This document shows positions 24,715-38,045 of a DNA stretch of 64,000 bases, one piece after another. How positions within the stretch are numbered: the first letter of the stretch is position 1; each line of letters begins with the position of its first letter. The translations under genes were made by a program, and so were the position numbers. Below the pieces are notes generated by a model. That model was not told the origin of the DNA and did not search any database. It saw only the letters and a list, made by a program, of their open reading frames with translations. Source of the stretch: Mobula hypostoma (Eukaryota); contig NC_086109.1 in NCBI RefSeq assembly GCF_963921235.1, positions 22,942,001-23,006,000 of the forward strand, read 5' to 3'.

Positions 24715-27132
24715 AACTAATATGGCAGAGGGATGGGAACTAGTATGATGGAGCTGAGGATGAGCCAGCAGGAGTACAAGTAGATGATGGGTGTAACATG
24801 AATGTAAGGAAGGACAAGCCAATGGCTGGGTACAAAAGTAAGCAGAGCAAAGAGCCAAATTGTACCACAGAGGCAAAATTCAAAAGAATGTAGGACTGAA
24901 GGTGCGTGTAGCATTCGGAATAAGGTGGCGAACTCATGGTGCAATTACAGACTGGTCGGTATGACGTTGCGGGCATCACTGAGTTGTGGCTGAAAGGCGG
25001 CCAAAGTTTGAAGCTTAACATCAAAGGATATACTTTGTATCAAAAGGTCAGGCAAAAAAGGTATAGGTGGTGGCAGGGCTCTGATGGTAAGAGATGGAAT
25101 TACATCTTTAGAACGAGGTGACATCAGGTCACAGAAATGTTGAACCTTTGAGGGTGCAGTTAAGAAATTGCAAAGGTTAAAAAAAACATTATGGGAATCA
25201 TATGCAGTATAGGCCTCCAAATAATAGCCAAGATGTGGGGTTGAGATTACAAAAGGCTTTTAAAATCCAACAAAAGGCAAATTAAAAAAGCTACAAGGGG
25301 AAACATGAAATACGAAGGCTGACTAGCCAATAATATAGTTTTTTCAGTTATATAAAGTGTAAAAAGGGAGGTGAGAGTTGATATTGGACCACTGGAAAAT
25401 GATGCTAGCGAGGTAGGAATGGGAGACAAAGAAATGGCAGATGAATTTAGTGGGTACTTTGCATCTGTCTTCACTGTGGAAGACAATAGCAGTGTGCCAG
25501 AAGCCCATGAGTGTCAGGGAGCAGGAGTGAGTGCCATTGCTATTACAAAGGAAAAAGTGCTCCGCAAGCTCAAAGGTCTTAAGGTGGACAAGTCACCCGG
25601 ACTAGATGGACTACATCCCAGAGTCCTGAGAAGTTACAGAAGAGATAACAGATGCATTGGTCATGATCATTCAGGTATCGCTTGATTCTGGCATGGTCCT
25701 AGAGGACTGGAAGATTGCAAATGTCACTCACTTTTTAAGAAAGGAGGAAGGCAAAATAAAGGAAATTATATGGCAGTTAGCCTAACCTCCATGGTTGGGA
25801 AAGGTTGGAACCTGTTATTAAGGATGAGGTTTCAAGGTACTTGGAGACTAATAATAAAATAAGTCAAAGTCAGCATGGTTTCTGTAAAAGGAAATCTTGC
25901 CTGACAAATCTGTTAGAGTTCTTTGAGAAAGTAACAAGCAGGCTGGACAAACTCGAGGCAGTGGAGGTCTTTTACTTGAATTTTCAGAAGGCATTTGATA
26001 AGGTGCCACATGAGGCTGCCTAACAAGATATTTAATCTTATGGCATTAAAGGAAAGGGGAATGGCTAACAGGCAGGAGGCAGCCAGTGGGAACAAAAGGG
26101 GCCTTTTCTGGTTGGCTGCTGGTGACTAGTGGTGTTCCTCAGGGGTCAGTATTGGGACCACTTCTTCTCACATTGCTTGTCAATGATTTAGATAATGGAA
26201 TTGACAGCTTTGTGGCAAAGTTTGTGGATGATACGAAGATAGGTAGATGGGTAGGTAATGCTGAGGAAGCAATGCAACTTAGACAAATTGGAAGAATGGG
26301 TAAAAAAAAAAGTAGCAGGTGGAATACTGTTGGAAAATGTACGATAATGTACCTTGGTAAAAGGAACAATAGTGCAGACCATCTAAATAGGGACAAGGTT
26401 AAAACAGAGGTGCAGAGGGAGTTAGGAGTACCCGTGCATGGCTCCTAGAAGTTTGATTTATAGGTTGAGTCTGTGTAAAGGCGGCAAATGCAATGTTGGC
26501 ATTTATTTCAAGGGGATTAGAATATAAAAGCAAAGAGATAATGCTGAGTCTTTACAAGACACTAGTCAGGCTGCACTTGGGGAAGCGGCAACAGTTTTGG
26601 GCCCTATATCTCAGAAAAGATGTGTTACCATTGGAGAAAGTCTAGAGGAGGTTCTCGAGTAGATTCTGGGAATGAAGAGGTTAACATACAAGCAGCATTT
26701 GGCAGCTTTAGGCCTGTACTCACTGGAATTTAGAAGAATGCAAGGGGTGGGGTGGGAGAGATCCCATTGAAACCTACCGAATATTGAAAGGACTAGTTAG
26801 GGTGGATGTGGAGAGACAGTTTCCTACACTGGGGGTATCCAGAACTAGAGGGAATAGCCTCAAAACTGAGGAGCGACTCTAGAACAGAGGTAAGGAGGAA
26901 TTTTTAGCCAGAGAGTAGTGAATCTGTGGAATGCTCTGCCACAGACTGCGGTGGAGGCCAAGTCTGTGCATATATTTAAGGCGGAAGTCGATTGTTTCCT
27001 GATCGGTCAGGGCATCAATGGATATAGTGAGAATGCAGGTGTATGGGGTTGAGTGGGATCCGGGATCAGCCATGATGGAATGGCAGAGCAGACTCAATGG
27101 GCCAAATGGCCTAATTCTGCTCCTGTGTCTTA
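24715..27132 (+). mobile_element. CR1 LINE, degenerate ORF2 (endonuclease and RT) with internal deletions
   Basis: YDVAGITELWL (EN); [63 protein letters not shown]1 3' UTR. Confidence 0.93.
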
Positions 27133-28021
27133 TAAACTACACAAAAACGAAGACACAGATACAACTGATGTGCAAAACAAGACAAACTGCACAAATACAA
27201 AAAGAAAATCAAATAAGTATAATAAATAATCAAAAAATAACAGTACCACGCGATGTAAAGTCCTTGAAAGTGAGTCCGTAGATTGTGGAATCAGTTCAGT
27301 TTTGGGGTGAGTGAAGTTATCCACTCTGGTTCAGAAGCTTGAAAGTTAAAGGATAACAACAATTCTTGAACCTGGTGATGTGGGACCCAAGGCTCCTGCA
27401 TCTCCTTCCCGAGAAGAGAGCATGGCCTGGATGGCAGGCGTTCTTGATGATGGATGCTGCTTTCTTGTGGCAGCCCGCCATGTCAGTGTTCTCAGTGGTA
27501 ATCTCCTGAGTCATGCCTAACACAAGCTATGTGTTACCAATCTAAAAATAGCAACTTGCATTTATTCACTAGTTTTAAACAAAGTATCAAAGTCAAAAGG
27601 GTTTTCACAGAAGCATGAGAGCAACAAAAAGAGAGAAAAACATTGACTGCAAGCCAAAGGCATTCCTGCTTTATTGAATACACTGTGCCTCATCAGAAAT
27701 CCAGAATGCTTCACATGGCCTCAGCAAGCAATCAGCGGAATGAGCTCAAAGTCTTGATTTCTAACTCTGAATGCAGAACAGTACATCGAACAGGAACACG
27801 CCCATCAGCCCAGCATGTTTGTGCTAATTCCACTTACCCTACATGGTCTATACGTTTCTTTAAACAATGCTGTCCTCTATTTCCACCACTTTCACTAGTG
27901 GTGTGCTTCAGGCACCGACCACTCTGTGCAAAGCTTTCACCATTGCACCTCTAAGACTGAGATCTGCCTGGACAGCAAGTTTCAGCAGACAGTTACAGCC
28001 TGAGAACCGATCTCTCTACAG

Positions 28022-28094
28022 CAGGGGTTCCAAACCTTCTATATGCCAATACCATTAGCCAAGGGGTCCGTGGATCCCAGGAGGGGAACCCTCG
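28022..28094. mobile_element. 73-bp hAT (Charlie/Buster-type) MITE
   Basis: TIRs CAGGGGTTCC / GGAACCCTCG; 8-bp TA-centred TSD CTCTACAG (28014-28021) / CCCTACAG (28095-28102). Confidence 0.85.
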
Positions 28095-28865
28095 CCCTAC
28101 AGTCAAGGAACAATAGGTAGCTCATACACAAGCCCCACATGCATCCCATTCTCAAACTGGTAATTACTCTGGGAATAAAATGGTAACCAAGAACCTGGAA
28201 CCAGGTTCCAGATGTTTGTGTGGGTGGGGGACAAGTGTGCAAAGGGATAGGTCAAACATCTGTAGAGATGGGGAATTCAAACATTAAACTGACAAATAAG
28301 TACAGGCTGGGCACCCCTTATCCACAATTCCAAAAGTTTTTTGAGCACGACATCACAAATGAAAAATTCCTGTATTTTGACTAGTGGGCATGAGGCATAT
28401 TGTCTCTCAGGCATCACAGCTACAGGAAATTGAGGGGTACGTTGAGGGTAAATGAGGCCAATGATTACATTAGCAGTAACAGTCTAGATGCAAGGATAGA
28501 GCTTCTGCAAGATTTTAGTCAACTATGAAAAATTCAAGAATTATTTTACTTCAACCCTTCGGTTCTTATACAAACCTAATCACTAGTGTTTTGCAATATT
28601 GCAACATTCCTTTGCACTAGAATGGACAGTTTGGGTCACCTTACTTTTTTTTTTAAAAACCAAAAAGTCTTTTTTCTTGTGAATGGTACTAATATGCTAC
28701 GAGTCTGTGATGTTGCTGCAGGCAAGTTCCTCATTTCACTTGGTGCATACATGAACTTGTGTACAGGACAATACATTTGACTTTGGTAAATAAAAAAACA
28801 GGGTCTCTAGCTTACAGCAATGAGTGATGAAATAGGAATAGGAACCTGTGGCTTAAAAATGATAG

Positions 28866-28961
28866 CAACATACATCAAAGTTGCTGGTGAACGCAGCAGG
28901 CCAAGCAGCATCTATAGGAAGAGGCGCAGTCGACGTTTCAGGCCGAGACCCTTCGTCAGGA
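28866..28961 (-). mobile_element. ~96-bp Penelope pLTR mini-insertion
   Basis: Perfect 14-bp TSD CTTAAAAATGATAG at 28852-28865 and 28962-28975; nearly identical to the arms at 1.4-1.5 kb. Confidence 0.9.
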
Positions 28962-28963
28962 CT
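28928..28963 (-). ncRNA. Minimal type I hammerhead ribozyme motif (intact core)
   Basis: Minus strand AGTC-CTGACGA-AGGGTCTCGGCCT-GAAAC-GTC^-GACT; 4-bp stem I (AGTC/GACT; the outer two bases overlap the TSD); GUC cleavage triplet. Confidence 0.75.
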
Positions 28964-29194
28964 TAAAAATGATAGACGGGTGGGCACCAGTACTTGTACC
29001 TCAAGAATGGTGGTCCCAATGGCTTCATGGAAGTATTACTAATGCAAATATGAAGAAGTTTGACCACATTTGCTATGGGGTTGCAATTAGAATGTAGCAT
29101 TAGAAAGGAGAAACTGAGTACAACTGATTTGATAAAATAAATGACCAGAATTAGTACTGTATTAGACAAGATCAGAACATTAAAAATATTACTT

Positions 29195-29472
29195 ATAGAG
29201 ACACAGCCTGGAGTGTGCCCTTCTGGCTCTTTGAGCCAGACCCTACAGCAATCCACTGATTTAAACCCAGCCTGATCACGGGACAATTTACAATGACCAA
29301 TTAACCTACCAACCGGTACGTCTTTGGACTGTGGGAGGAAACTGCAGCACCTGGAGGAAACCCATGCAGTCATGGGGAGAACATACAAACTCCTTACAGG
29401 CAGTGTTGAGAATTGCATCTGGGTCACCTGTACTGTAAAGCATTGTGCTAACACCACACGACCGTGCCACCC
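29195..29472 (-). mobile_element. tRNA-derived SINE (HE1-like), near full length
   Basis: Reverse complement starts gggtggcacggtcgtgtggtgttagcacaatgctttacag, followed by the conserved core gtttgtatgttctccccatgactgcatgggtttcctccagg. Confidence 0.85.
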
Positions 29473-30018
29473 CACTGTGTGCACAAACCCACAAAACTTG
29501 GTAAATTTGAGTGATTAGTTAGAACACTAGTGGAGACACAGAATACAAGAGCAAAATGGTTATACTACAACTAGTTAGGTCACTGCAAGTGTATTATGCT
29601 CATTCACAGTTACCACATTATTGGAAATATGCAACTGATCTGGAGAGAGTAGAGAGGAGATTCACAAGGATAAGATAAGATGAAGCTTTATTTATCCCAA
29701 AGGAAATTATTGTTGCAAAGTTGATCAGTCAGAAATATGTAGCTTAAAATACACAATGCAAGCACTGAGGTATGAAGAACTAAAATATACATCAAAAAGT
29801 AATAGTGTAAAAAAAAGGATGTGCAATGAAACCAAATAACTATATACCAAGGAAGAGGAGTTGTAGAGTCTTATAGCCACAGGGAGAAAGGATCTCCTGA
29901 GGTGTTCAGTGGTTGTTGCCAGGACTGGAAGATTAGGGGTACAAGGACAAGTACCAGTCACTGCCTTGGTAACAGAGGATGCTGAGTGGAGACCAAGTTG
30001 TCACGTGAAATTATGGAG

Positions 30019-30260
30019 GGGTGGCATGGTAGTGTAATGGTTAGTGTAACACTATTACAGCGCCAACAACGTGATTTCAATTCCCGCCACTGTCGGTAAG
30101 GTGTTCACACGTCCTCCGCTGACTGCATAGGTTTTCTTTGGATGTTCCAGTTTCTAAAGGCACACCAGTTAGCAGATCAATTGTTCACAAGTGTGTAATT
30201 CAGCGTCATGGGCTCATTGAGCTGGTTACTGCATTGAACCTTTAAATAGAATAAAAATAA
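30019..30260 (+). mobile_element. tRNA-derived SINE (HE1-like)
   Basis: ggtggcatggtagtgtaatggttagt...ttcaattcccgccactgtc head. Confidence 0.75.
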
Positions 30261-32700
30261 ATAGGTAGAGCTCATTCCCCTTAATGGAGAAGTTTAAAAC
30301 AGGGACACCGATGAAAGTAATTTTTGAAAGTGGAGATGGGAGAGAAGGAAGAGCTTTTCAAACCCAGATGGTGCTAGAGCCTGGACAACACCACCAATAA
30401 CAATGGTGGAAGTGGGGGGAAAAAAAAATCTTGAAAGACCCTTAAAATGGGTTTTAAAAACAAACTGACTTGAGCACTTTAAATCTGGTGATAGAAGGTG
30501 GGACACCCAGGGCTCCTGTATTGTTGCTTTCCCATGACCTGTGTGACTCTGAAAATAGACTGTGGTGGTGCTTGCCAAACATTAATCTGACTACACACTT
30601 CTTAAAACATTTTAAAAATCATGTGAGAAGTTAGACAGGGCACCATTTCAAAGTTTGTGGATGGCAAATGGAGTGCAGTACACAATGGGGATAATAAATA
30701 TCAAAAGCACATACACCAACAAGTGTATAGGGAAAACACGCCAGATGAAATTGAACACACACTTCAAAATGGAATGAATGAACCTACTCTAATTTAAATC
30801 ATTCTAAAATGAACAGGGGGACCTGGATGCCAATGTGCTCAAATCCTTGATGATAGGCTGGGGTGATTAAATAAATTGTTGGGCTTCACAAACTGAAATA
30901 GGAAGGCAGCATAGAAACAAATTTTGGTTCAGTCCATTAGGAGGAATACATACAATTCCAACCACCAAACAAGGTAGACATGCAGAAAAGTGTAAACAAA
31001 ATCGACCCAGAGATCAGCAAATTCAGCAATGTGGATAGTCTGAGTAGTCTATAGACTAAGATGAGACTTGATGAAGTGTTCAAAAATCATCCAGACCAAC
31101 CAAAAACAAAAGAATCTCTGGTGGAAGAGTTGGGTCCCAAGAAATATATCTAACAAAATTAACAAAAAAAAACAAGGGTGACACAAGGAAAACTTTTCCA
31201 GTAGGCAGTAAATCAAGAATTCATTGCCTGAGAGCCCATTCAATGTTAATTTTTTTTTGAAAGGGACTTGGAAAGAATCTTAACAAAGAAATAAATAAAG
31301 TTTCAGGGCCATAGAACAAAGCCAGAGCATGCAACTGGCTTAATTGCTCTGACAGAGAGGCACAGGGGGTTCAACATACTGAATAGCTTTTTACAGAAGG
31401 AAGATGACCAAGGGAGATATATTTGAAGTTTAAATTCCACGCAGGATCAACAGGAAGAACACATCTCATGAGGGCGGGGGCGAGAAATTGAGTAAGAAGT
31501 TTTTTCATCCAAAGAGCTGAGCCAGTCTTTAACTTACCGCCTGAAAGGCCGATAGAGGGAGAACCCCTCAAAATTAGGATACATGGGAAAGTGCTTGAAG
31601 AAATTAAAACAAAGCAACAGACAGAGTGGTGGGAAGGATTTACCTAAATAGCTTAATATTTGGTGGGGATAGATACAATCTGCCCAATGGTCTTCAATGC
31701 TAAGAATTTTCACAATTCTTTTGGAAGCTAAATTAATTAACTTTTGATCAGAGAAAAACTTTCAGAAGGTTTAAAAATAAAGTCCAAGGCTGGAAAATAA
31801 ACAATAAGAGGCATGAAGCAGCCTGAAAGCATTACAGAGCTTGATGCAGAAAGATCCAATAACAGATGATCAAAGAAACTGTGAAGGAGGAAAAAAAGTG
31901 ATGCAAAATATGGTGATGGTCTGAAGCCTCTACTGATCACCTTCACTCCTTAAACTTAAGAAAACAATAAGTGCAATGGAGTTTTAGCTGAAACCCATTC
32001 ATCACTGTCTGTTTGCTGAACTCAACTGGGCTGTTTGAACCTTGAAATTTTCACAACAATTTCAAATCATCTCTAACAAACTCTTATCTTCTCTGACTGA
32101 TCCGAAGTACTCCATAAGACATAGGAATAGAATTAGGTCATTTGGCCCATGGAATCTCCTCCACCATTCGATCATGGCTGACTTCTCCTTCTCAACCCGA
32201 TTCTCCTGCCTTCTTACTCGGGGGTTAGAGGACTATGTATCTGCCTGAGTTGGAGGAATGGGATTTCTTTTGCTGTTGTTGTTTTGTTGCACTGTGTTGT
32301 CTGTCGAGCATTGTGGGCGTACTATGTAGGCGACAGAACGTGTGACAACCCGTATGGGCTATCCCAAGCACACCCTCAGGTGTGTTGGTTGTTAATGCAA
32401 ACAATGCATACCACTATGTTTTTATATACACCTGATAAACCCGAATCTTGAACCTTTAAACACCCTGACTAATCAAGATCCTATCAACCTCCACTTTAAA
32501 TATTCACAATGACTTGGCCTCTGTAGCTGTCTGTGACAATGAATTCCACAGATTCTCCACCCTCTGGCTAAAGAAATTCCTCATCTCTGTTCTAATGGTT
32601 CAGACTTCTTACAGAGAACTCATTTTTAAAATCAATTCATTGTTGCCAGTCACATCTTCAGCTCTAAACTCTGAAATATCCACTCAACAATATCTGAATA

Positions 32701-33980
32701 CAGTGGACTCCAGTTAATTGGGTCAATGGTTAATCACAGCAGCAGCTTATTTGAAACAACTTGAAGAACAAAAAACAAGGGAGAAAATAGCTGGGATTCC
32801 CTTTGTTTATTTGGGACATTATGCCACTTAACTGGCACAGCAGACTGTTGCCGAATAACTTTTAAAACTAGTATCAGTCACATGCATTTGCATGGTCGTT
32901 AGAATCTACACCATGCTAAGAGCAAACAGTTTTTAGTAGTGTCGTTACATGTGTTTGTGCTCAAAAAACAGTGATTTTTGTCACTGATAGTTGGTGAGAA
33001 ATAAGCAGTAAAACAATTCAGTGCTATAACGCTCAGTGGAGTTCTAAGTAGTCGGGCTTAGAAATGCAAGTAACAGCCAAGAGTAGAAATGAAACTAGTT
33101 CACTACTTCAACAAGGTAGGAACTACAAAGGACTTGAGGGCATCAACAATCATCTTCAATTTTACAATGAAAATGAGGATTTGGAAGATGTAATCATTGA
33201 AAGGATTGTATGAAGGCAGTCCATTATCTGCACTACTTGTCTAGAGCATTTTGCACTAATTTTGTTCATTTACTGTTGGCCAAAAGAACACACCAGCATA
33301 TGCCAAATAAATTCTTCTGTCAATTACTATGAGAAAACAATGCACAATTTTATAGTCCAAGAGTCCTGATGAAGAACCTTAGCCTGAAATGTCAACTGCA
33401 CTCTTTTCCAGAGATGCTGCCTGACCTGCTGAGTTCCTCCAGCATTGTGAGTTGCACAGTTTTATAGTGCTGTGGTATTAGTAGCATTCCAAATTGTTCT
33501 CCATTTCATTTAAATACATAACTTGATACTCATCAAGCAGCAATGCCTCAAAAAGGCAGTGGACATCATGAAGGGCACCCATCATACAGGCCATGCCTTG
33601 TTCTCACTGTTACCAACAGAAAAGAGATACAAAAGTCTGTAAGCACACACTTAACGATTCAGGAACAGCTTCTTCCCCTCTGCCATCCAATTTTGGAGTG
33701 GACATTGAACCCATGAACACTACCTCACCACTTAATTTAAATTTTTGCATATGCACACACTTACTGTAATTTTGTTTTTTTTTATTAAGCATTGCACTGT
33801 TGCTGCAAAGTCAACAAACTTCACAACATATGCAGATGACATTAAACCCAATTCTGATTCAGCTAAATGGCAGTTTTTCTTTTTTATACTTTTAAAATTA
33901 TTTCCATAAAACTGCAACTAACTGGGACAGCTGCATAATCGGGCCAAAACGTACTGGCCCAAATTAACCACAATCCACTG
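32701..33980. mobile_element. Tigger/pogo-like non-autonomous DNA transposon containing nested insertions
   Basis: TA|CAGTGGACTCCAGTTAATTGGG at the left end, CCCAAATTAACCACAATCCACTG|TG at the right end (imperfect TIRs; TA target, decayed on the right). Confidence 0.7.
33357..33452 (+). mobile_element. ~96-bp Penelope pLTR mini-insertion with CpG-decayed hammerhead
   Basis: 16-bp TSD TGCACAATTTTATAGT (33341-33356) / TGCACAGTTTTATAGT (33453-33468); AGTC-CTGATGA...GAAATGTC-AACT. Confidence 0.8.
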
Positions 33981-36587
33981 TGTTCCACCTTGCCCTTTTC
34001 AGAAAAGGGCCTTTAAACCTGCCACTGTGACCAGGATCAGCACGATGGGGATATCATCAGGAATTTGATCTTGATATGGAAATCTGAGGTCACATTACGT
34101 GCAGACATCCAAATAACCTACGGTATGCCCTCTTCTCATTGCTACCAATAACGTGGTGGTACAGGAGCCTGATGACGAACACTCACTTTTAGAACAGCTT
34201 CTTCCCCTCCATCAGATTTCTGAATGGACAGTGAACCCATGTACGCTACCTCAATATTTTGTACTTAGAAAATGTGCAGAGTACATTTATTGTAATTTAT
34301 AGTTTTTAATGTATTACAATGTACTATTGTCACAAAATAATATTTCATAGAGCTATATTTAGTTTACATTGTTGGTCAAAAAAGGGGTGGGAGTAGTTTA
34401 ACGAGTTGAGGGGAGTAGGGTTGGAAGTTCTGCTTTCCCTTCCTAATATAGCTGGAGCACTGCAAGATCTCACCAGGTCCCATGTTCTAAATGATCACGA
34501 GTTTCTCTGTAGCTCTAGTGAGATTCTGATAAATCAGGGGTTCCATTGCTTAATGGTGTTGGACAATTGCATAAGGCTGGGAACCCCTGTGCTACAGGGG
34601 CTTCATCCCACAATATGATTCCACACATATTGGCCAATTTTCTGGGTGTTTCCAGAAGTTTCAGATTCATCATATTGCAGTTTTGTGAGTTCCCTTTTCC
34701 TTCCCCAGCCTCACTTGTAGCCCTGTGCATGTAGGCTGCAACCACAACCAGAATAGGACACCAAGTCTGTAAATTTACCCACAAATACTCAAGCCAGCGG
34801 CATCTGTGCGAGAAAAGGAATTGGCTACATTTAGGGTAAAAACTACACATCTGAGCCCAAAACATTGACAAGTCATTTTCTCTCACAGATACTGCGCGAC
34901 CCGATGGGTTCTTCCAGCAGATTGTTTGTTGCTCCAGATTCCAGCACCTCCCATCTCGTGTCACCAGAGCTTCTCATGCTTGCCCGCTCCAATTTTCCTT
35001 TCAAATGCCACAACCTAATCTATTTGTAGACCGTGAATATTCTCTGGCTCGGCAAAGGAGGGAAATAATAGAAAAGTATGGCAGGCACCCTCATGCCAAG
35101 TCTCCCCTTTGCTCAGATTCTGCCTGCAGTAATCTGTTGTGTCTTTTCATGAACACAGGAACAGAAGACAGCCTCCGGGCCCACTGGACCAGTCCTGGCA
35201 TTCGACATGTTCATGGCTGATCAGCCTGAACGAGAAGGCTTTCACAGAAATGAAATCATCCGTTGTCATCTTCCAAAATTTCCTAGATTTGGGATTTGAA
35301 ACACCCTGATACACTGTCACCTTCTAGGATAAATACTGCACACCAAGGTCATTTCACTCCCATTAATATTAATAAAATATAGCATTGTTGGCCCAACAGT
35401 AGAGCTATCTGCATGTGGTACCGGCTAGTAGTCCATGAGCAGGTACAACACATAGTTGGTGGTTTGGCCCCATATTAGTCCAAATTAGCAGACTTGGGAG
35501 TTTAGAGGGTTCATTTTCATAGTTAACAAATGTCGCACTGAGAGGAGCAAAAATTTTAGTAACTAATTGCTTTCAAAGGAAGGGTGTAAAAGGGCTGTGA
35601 AGCAATTGAAGCAGAGAACTCCAGTTGGAGAGCTGGCCCAGGCGGATGTGCTGACTGACCACTTTTTAAAAAAGCGGGGCCATTATTTAAAGCAGGAAGA
35701 AAAATAATTCGGTAAACAAAGATTGTAATGCCTGAAGCACTTATTAAAAAAATGTACATCTTTTATCTTTAATCCTGTTATCTTTTATCACAGTCTTGGC
35801 ATTAGTTGAATGAGGGAATGACGAGTTGTCTAAAACCAACCAACAAAGCACAAGCAGTGTCTCAAGAATAACTCAAATCAGAATCAAGTTTATTATCACT
35901 AACATATTTCCTGAAAGTTGTTATTTTATGACAGTGTTATGGTGTAATACATAACATATAGATTCCTGACTGCAATTTGTAGTATAAAAAGTAATGCAAA
36001 AGAAGCAAAAATAGTGAGGTAGTGTTCATGGTTTCACTGTCTGTTCGTAAATCCAATGGCAGAGGGGAAGAAGCTGTTGTTGAAAGGTCAAGTGTGTCCT
36101 CAGGCCTCTTACCTCCTCGCTGGTCTTGATCACACATCCCCTGTTGCTAATTCCTGAGGGAAAACTTGGTTCGAACAAAATTTAACCTGGGTGGAGCAAA
36201 AGCCATTGTACCAAAATAAGGTGGTAGCCATTTAACACTGAGGCAAACAACTGAGGATGACGGATCTCTGGAATTCTCTACTCTGGGTGGTTGTAGAGGA
36301 TACATCTTTAAAGGTAGATTGATTCTTGTAAAGAGTGTTTAATTGAGGGCTATGAAGAACTGGCTCAGAAGATTCTTTGAGCCAATCACCCAGATAAAGA
36401 CCAGCATCTGTACAGTAGCAGAAATCACCAAGCATAACTAGAAGATGAGCTTCTGGCCACTGGCACTTGCCTATATCAAAACTGCTTATGACATGGCATC
36501 ATCCAATTCATCCATGCCCTTTTATCTACTCCTAAAAGCCGCTTGCATGATTTGCTACCTCCAGACTTAACCATCCAACACAGCACT

Positions 36588-36778
36588 GGGGTGGCACAGC
36601 ACAGTAGACCCGGGTTCAATTCCCACCACTGCCTCATTTCATCCCGCAATCCAGAGACGTTTCAGTTAGCAGGTTTATTTGTCCCGTGGTTAGGGCAGGA
36701 TTGAATAGGGGGATTGCTGAGTGTTATGACTCGAAGGGCCAGAAGAGCCTATTCCATGCTGTGTGTCAATAAATAAAT
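36588..36778 (+). mobile_element. tRNA-derived SINE (HE1-like, internally deleted)
   Basis: ggggtggcacag...gacccgggttcaattcccacc B box; aataaataaat tail. Confidence 0.7.
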
Positions 36779-37786
36779 GATTCTGAGACATTGGAGACTT
36801 GGAGCATTACAAGGAGTCTTGGGGCTCCTTATCTAAGAATACAAAAGCAGCCTTCAGAACAGAGATGAGGAATTTCTTTAGCCACAGAGTGGCAAATCTG
36901 GGGCATTCATCCCCACAGGCGGCTATGGAGACCAAGTCAAAGGGTATATTAAAGTGAAGATTGCTAGGTTCTTGATTAGTAAGGGCAGAAAACGTTACAG
37001 GGAGAAGGCAAGAGAATGGGGTTGAGAAGGATAATAAATCAGCCACGATGAAGCAAGCTTGATGGGCCAAGTAGCCTAATCCTATTCCGATCTCTTATGG
37101 TGTATCCTCAAATTCATCCAGATTTCCACCTTGTGAAGACCCTCTTTACACATAACATTGTCCATTGGCTACTTCAACACCTACAAAACCACACATCGAT
37201 TTAAAGGCTCTAGCTCGTAGGTACCCCATCTCTGGGATCTCCACTGCTTCTACAGTCTCTCAGCACTGACGCACTATGTAACTGTGGCTTCTTGCGAATC
37301 CCCCCAGGGAACAAAATTCCGGCATTTCAAGACACTCTTTGCAAAAGAAAGTTCTTTAACTAATCAGCTGATATCCCGCAAATATTTGTGGTACAGTGTC
37401 AAAAGTTTATTAATGCCGTCCATCTTCATTAAGACACAACTCGTGCAAGTTCTTACACAATACAACATTACTGTACCGAGAAACAAAGTTTTATATAGCT
37501 GCGGGGGGGGGGGGAATCTTACTTTCGGGGGTCAACTCCACATAACAAGCGGGTTCGGTGTTCCCCCAGAGGTGGAACAACCCAAAATTGCAGTCCTTTT
37601 ATTCACACAGGCGCATCCCGCATCATTAAAACATTCTTCCTACTTCAATCATGAGCGCCCCTCACACAAACATTACATCCCATCCGGAAACACAACTTTA
37701 CATGACCCACTGATATCAGAGTAATAAATATTGCTCTAAAACATTTCCTTTTACACGAGCAGAAACAGAAGGCCTGTAACACACAC

Positions 37787-37858
37787 CCATTCCAAGACTT
37801 TGATAAATCCGAGCGGCTCCTTAAGAGGACCGAGGTCGAGTTTAAACTCAGCGAGCTT
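37787..37858 (-). CDS. SYPL2: SYPL2-like coding exon (N-terminal, KEPLGFIKVLEW motif)
   Basis: Long pyrimidine tract then ttcag|AAG, donor TGG|gtgtgt, 72 bp; KLAEFKLDLGPLKEPLGFIKVLEW joins in phase 0 to IFAVFAF. Too short to appear in the ORF track. Confidence 0.93.
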
Positions 37859-37961
37859 CTGAAATTACAAAAGAGAGGAGAAAAAGCAAACTTTTAATCC
37901 AAAAAATGCGCGCAGACACAAACTTTAAAACGGTTTCCAAACTTGCTGCAGCATCTCAGAC

Positions 37962-37982
37962 CTTAACCGGGACCGCTTCCAT
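37962..37982 (-). CDS. SYPL2: Candidate first coding exon (MEAVPVK); alternative MLQQ just downstream
   Basis: ATG GAA GCG GTC CCG GTT AAG|gtctga gives a 103-bp phase-0 intron to the 37858 acceptor. The donor is weak, and ATG CTG CAG CAA|gtttgg is about equally possible. Confidence 0.35.
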
Positions 37983-38045
37983 TCCGTGACGCGAGAAGTA
38001 ACTTCCCTTATATAACGTTGATCTCAGCTCCCCAACAAACAGTGT

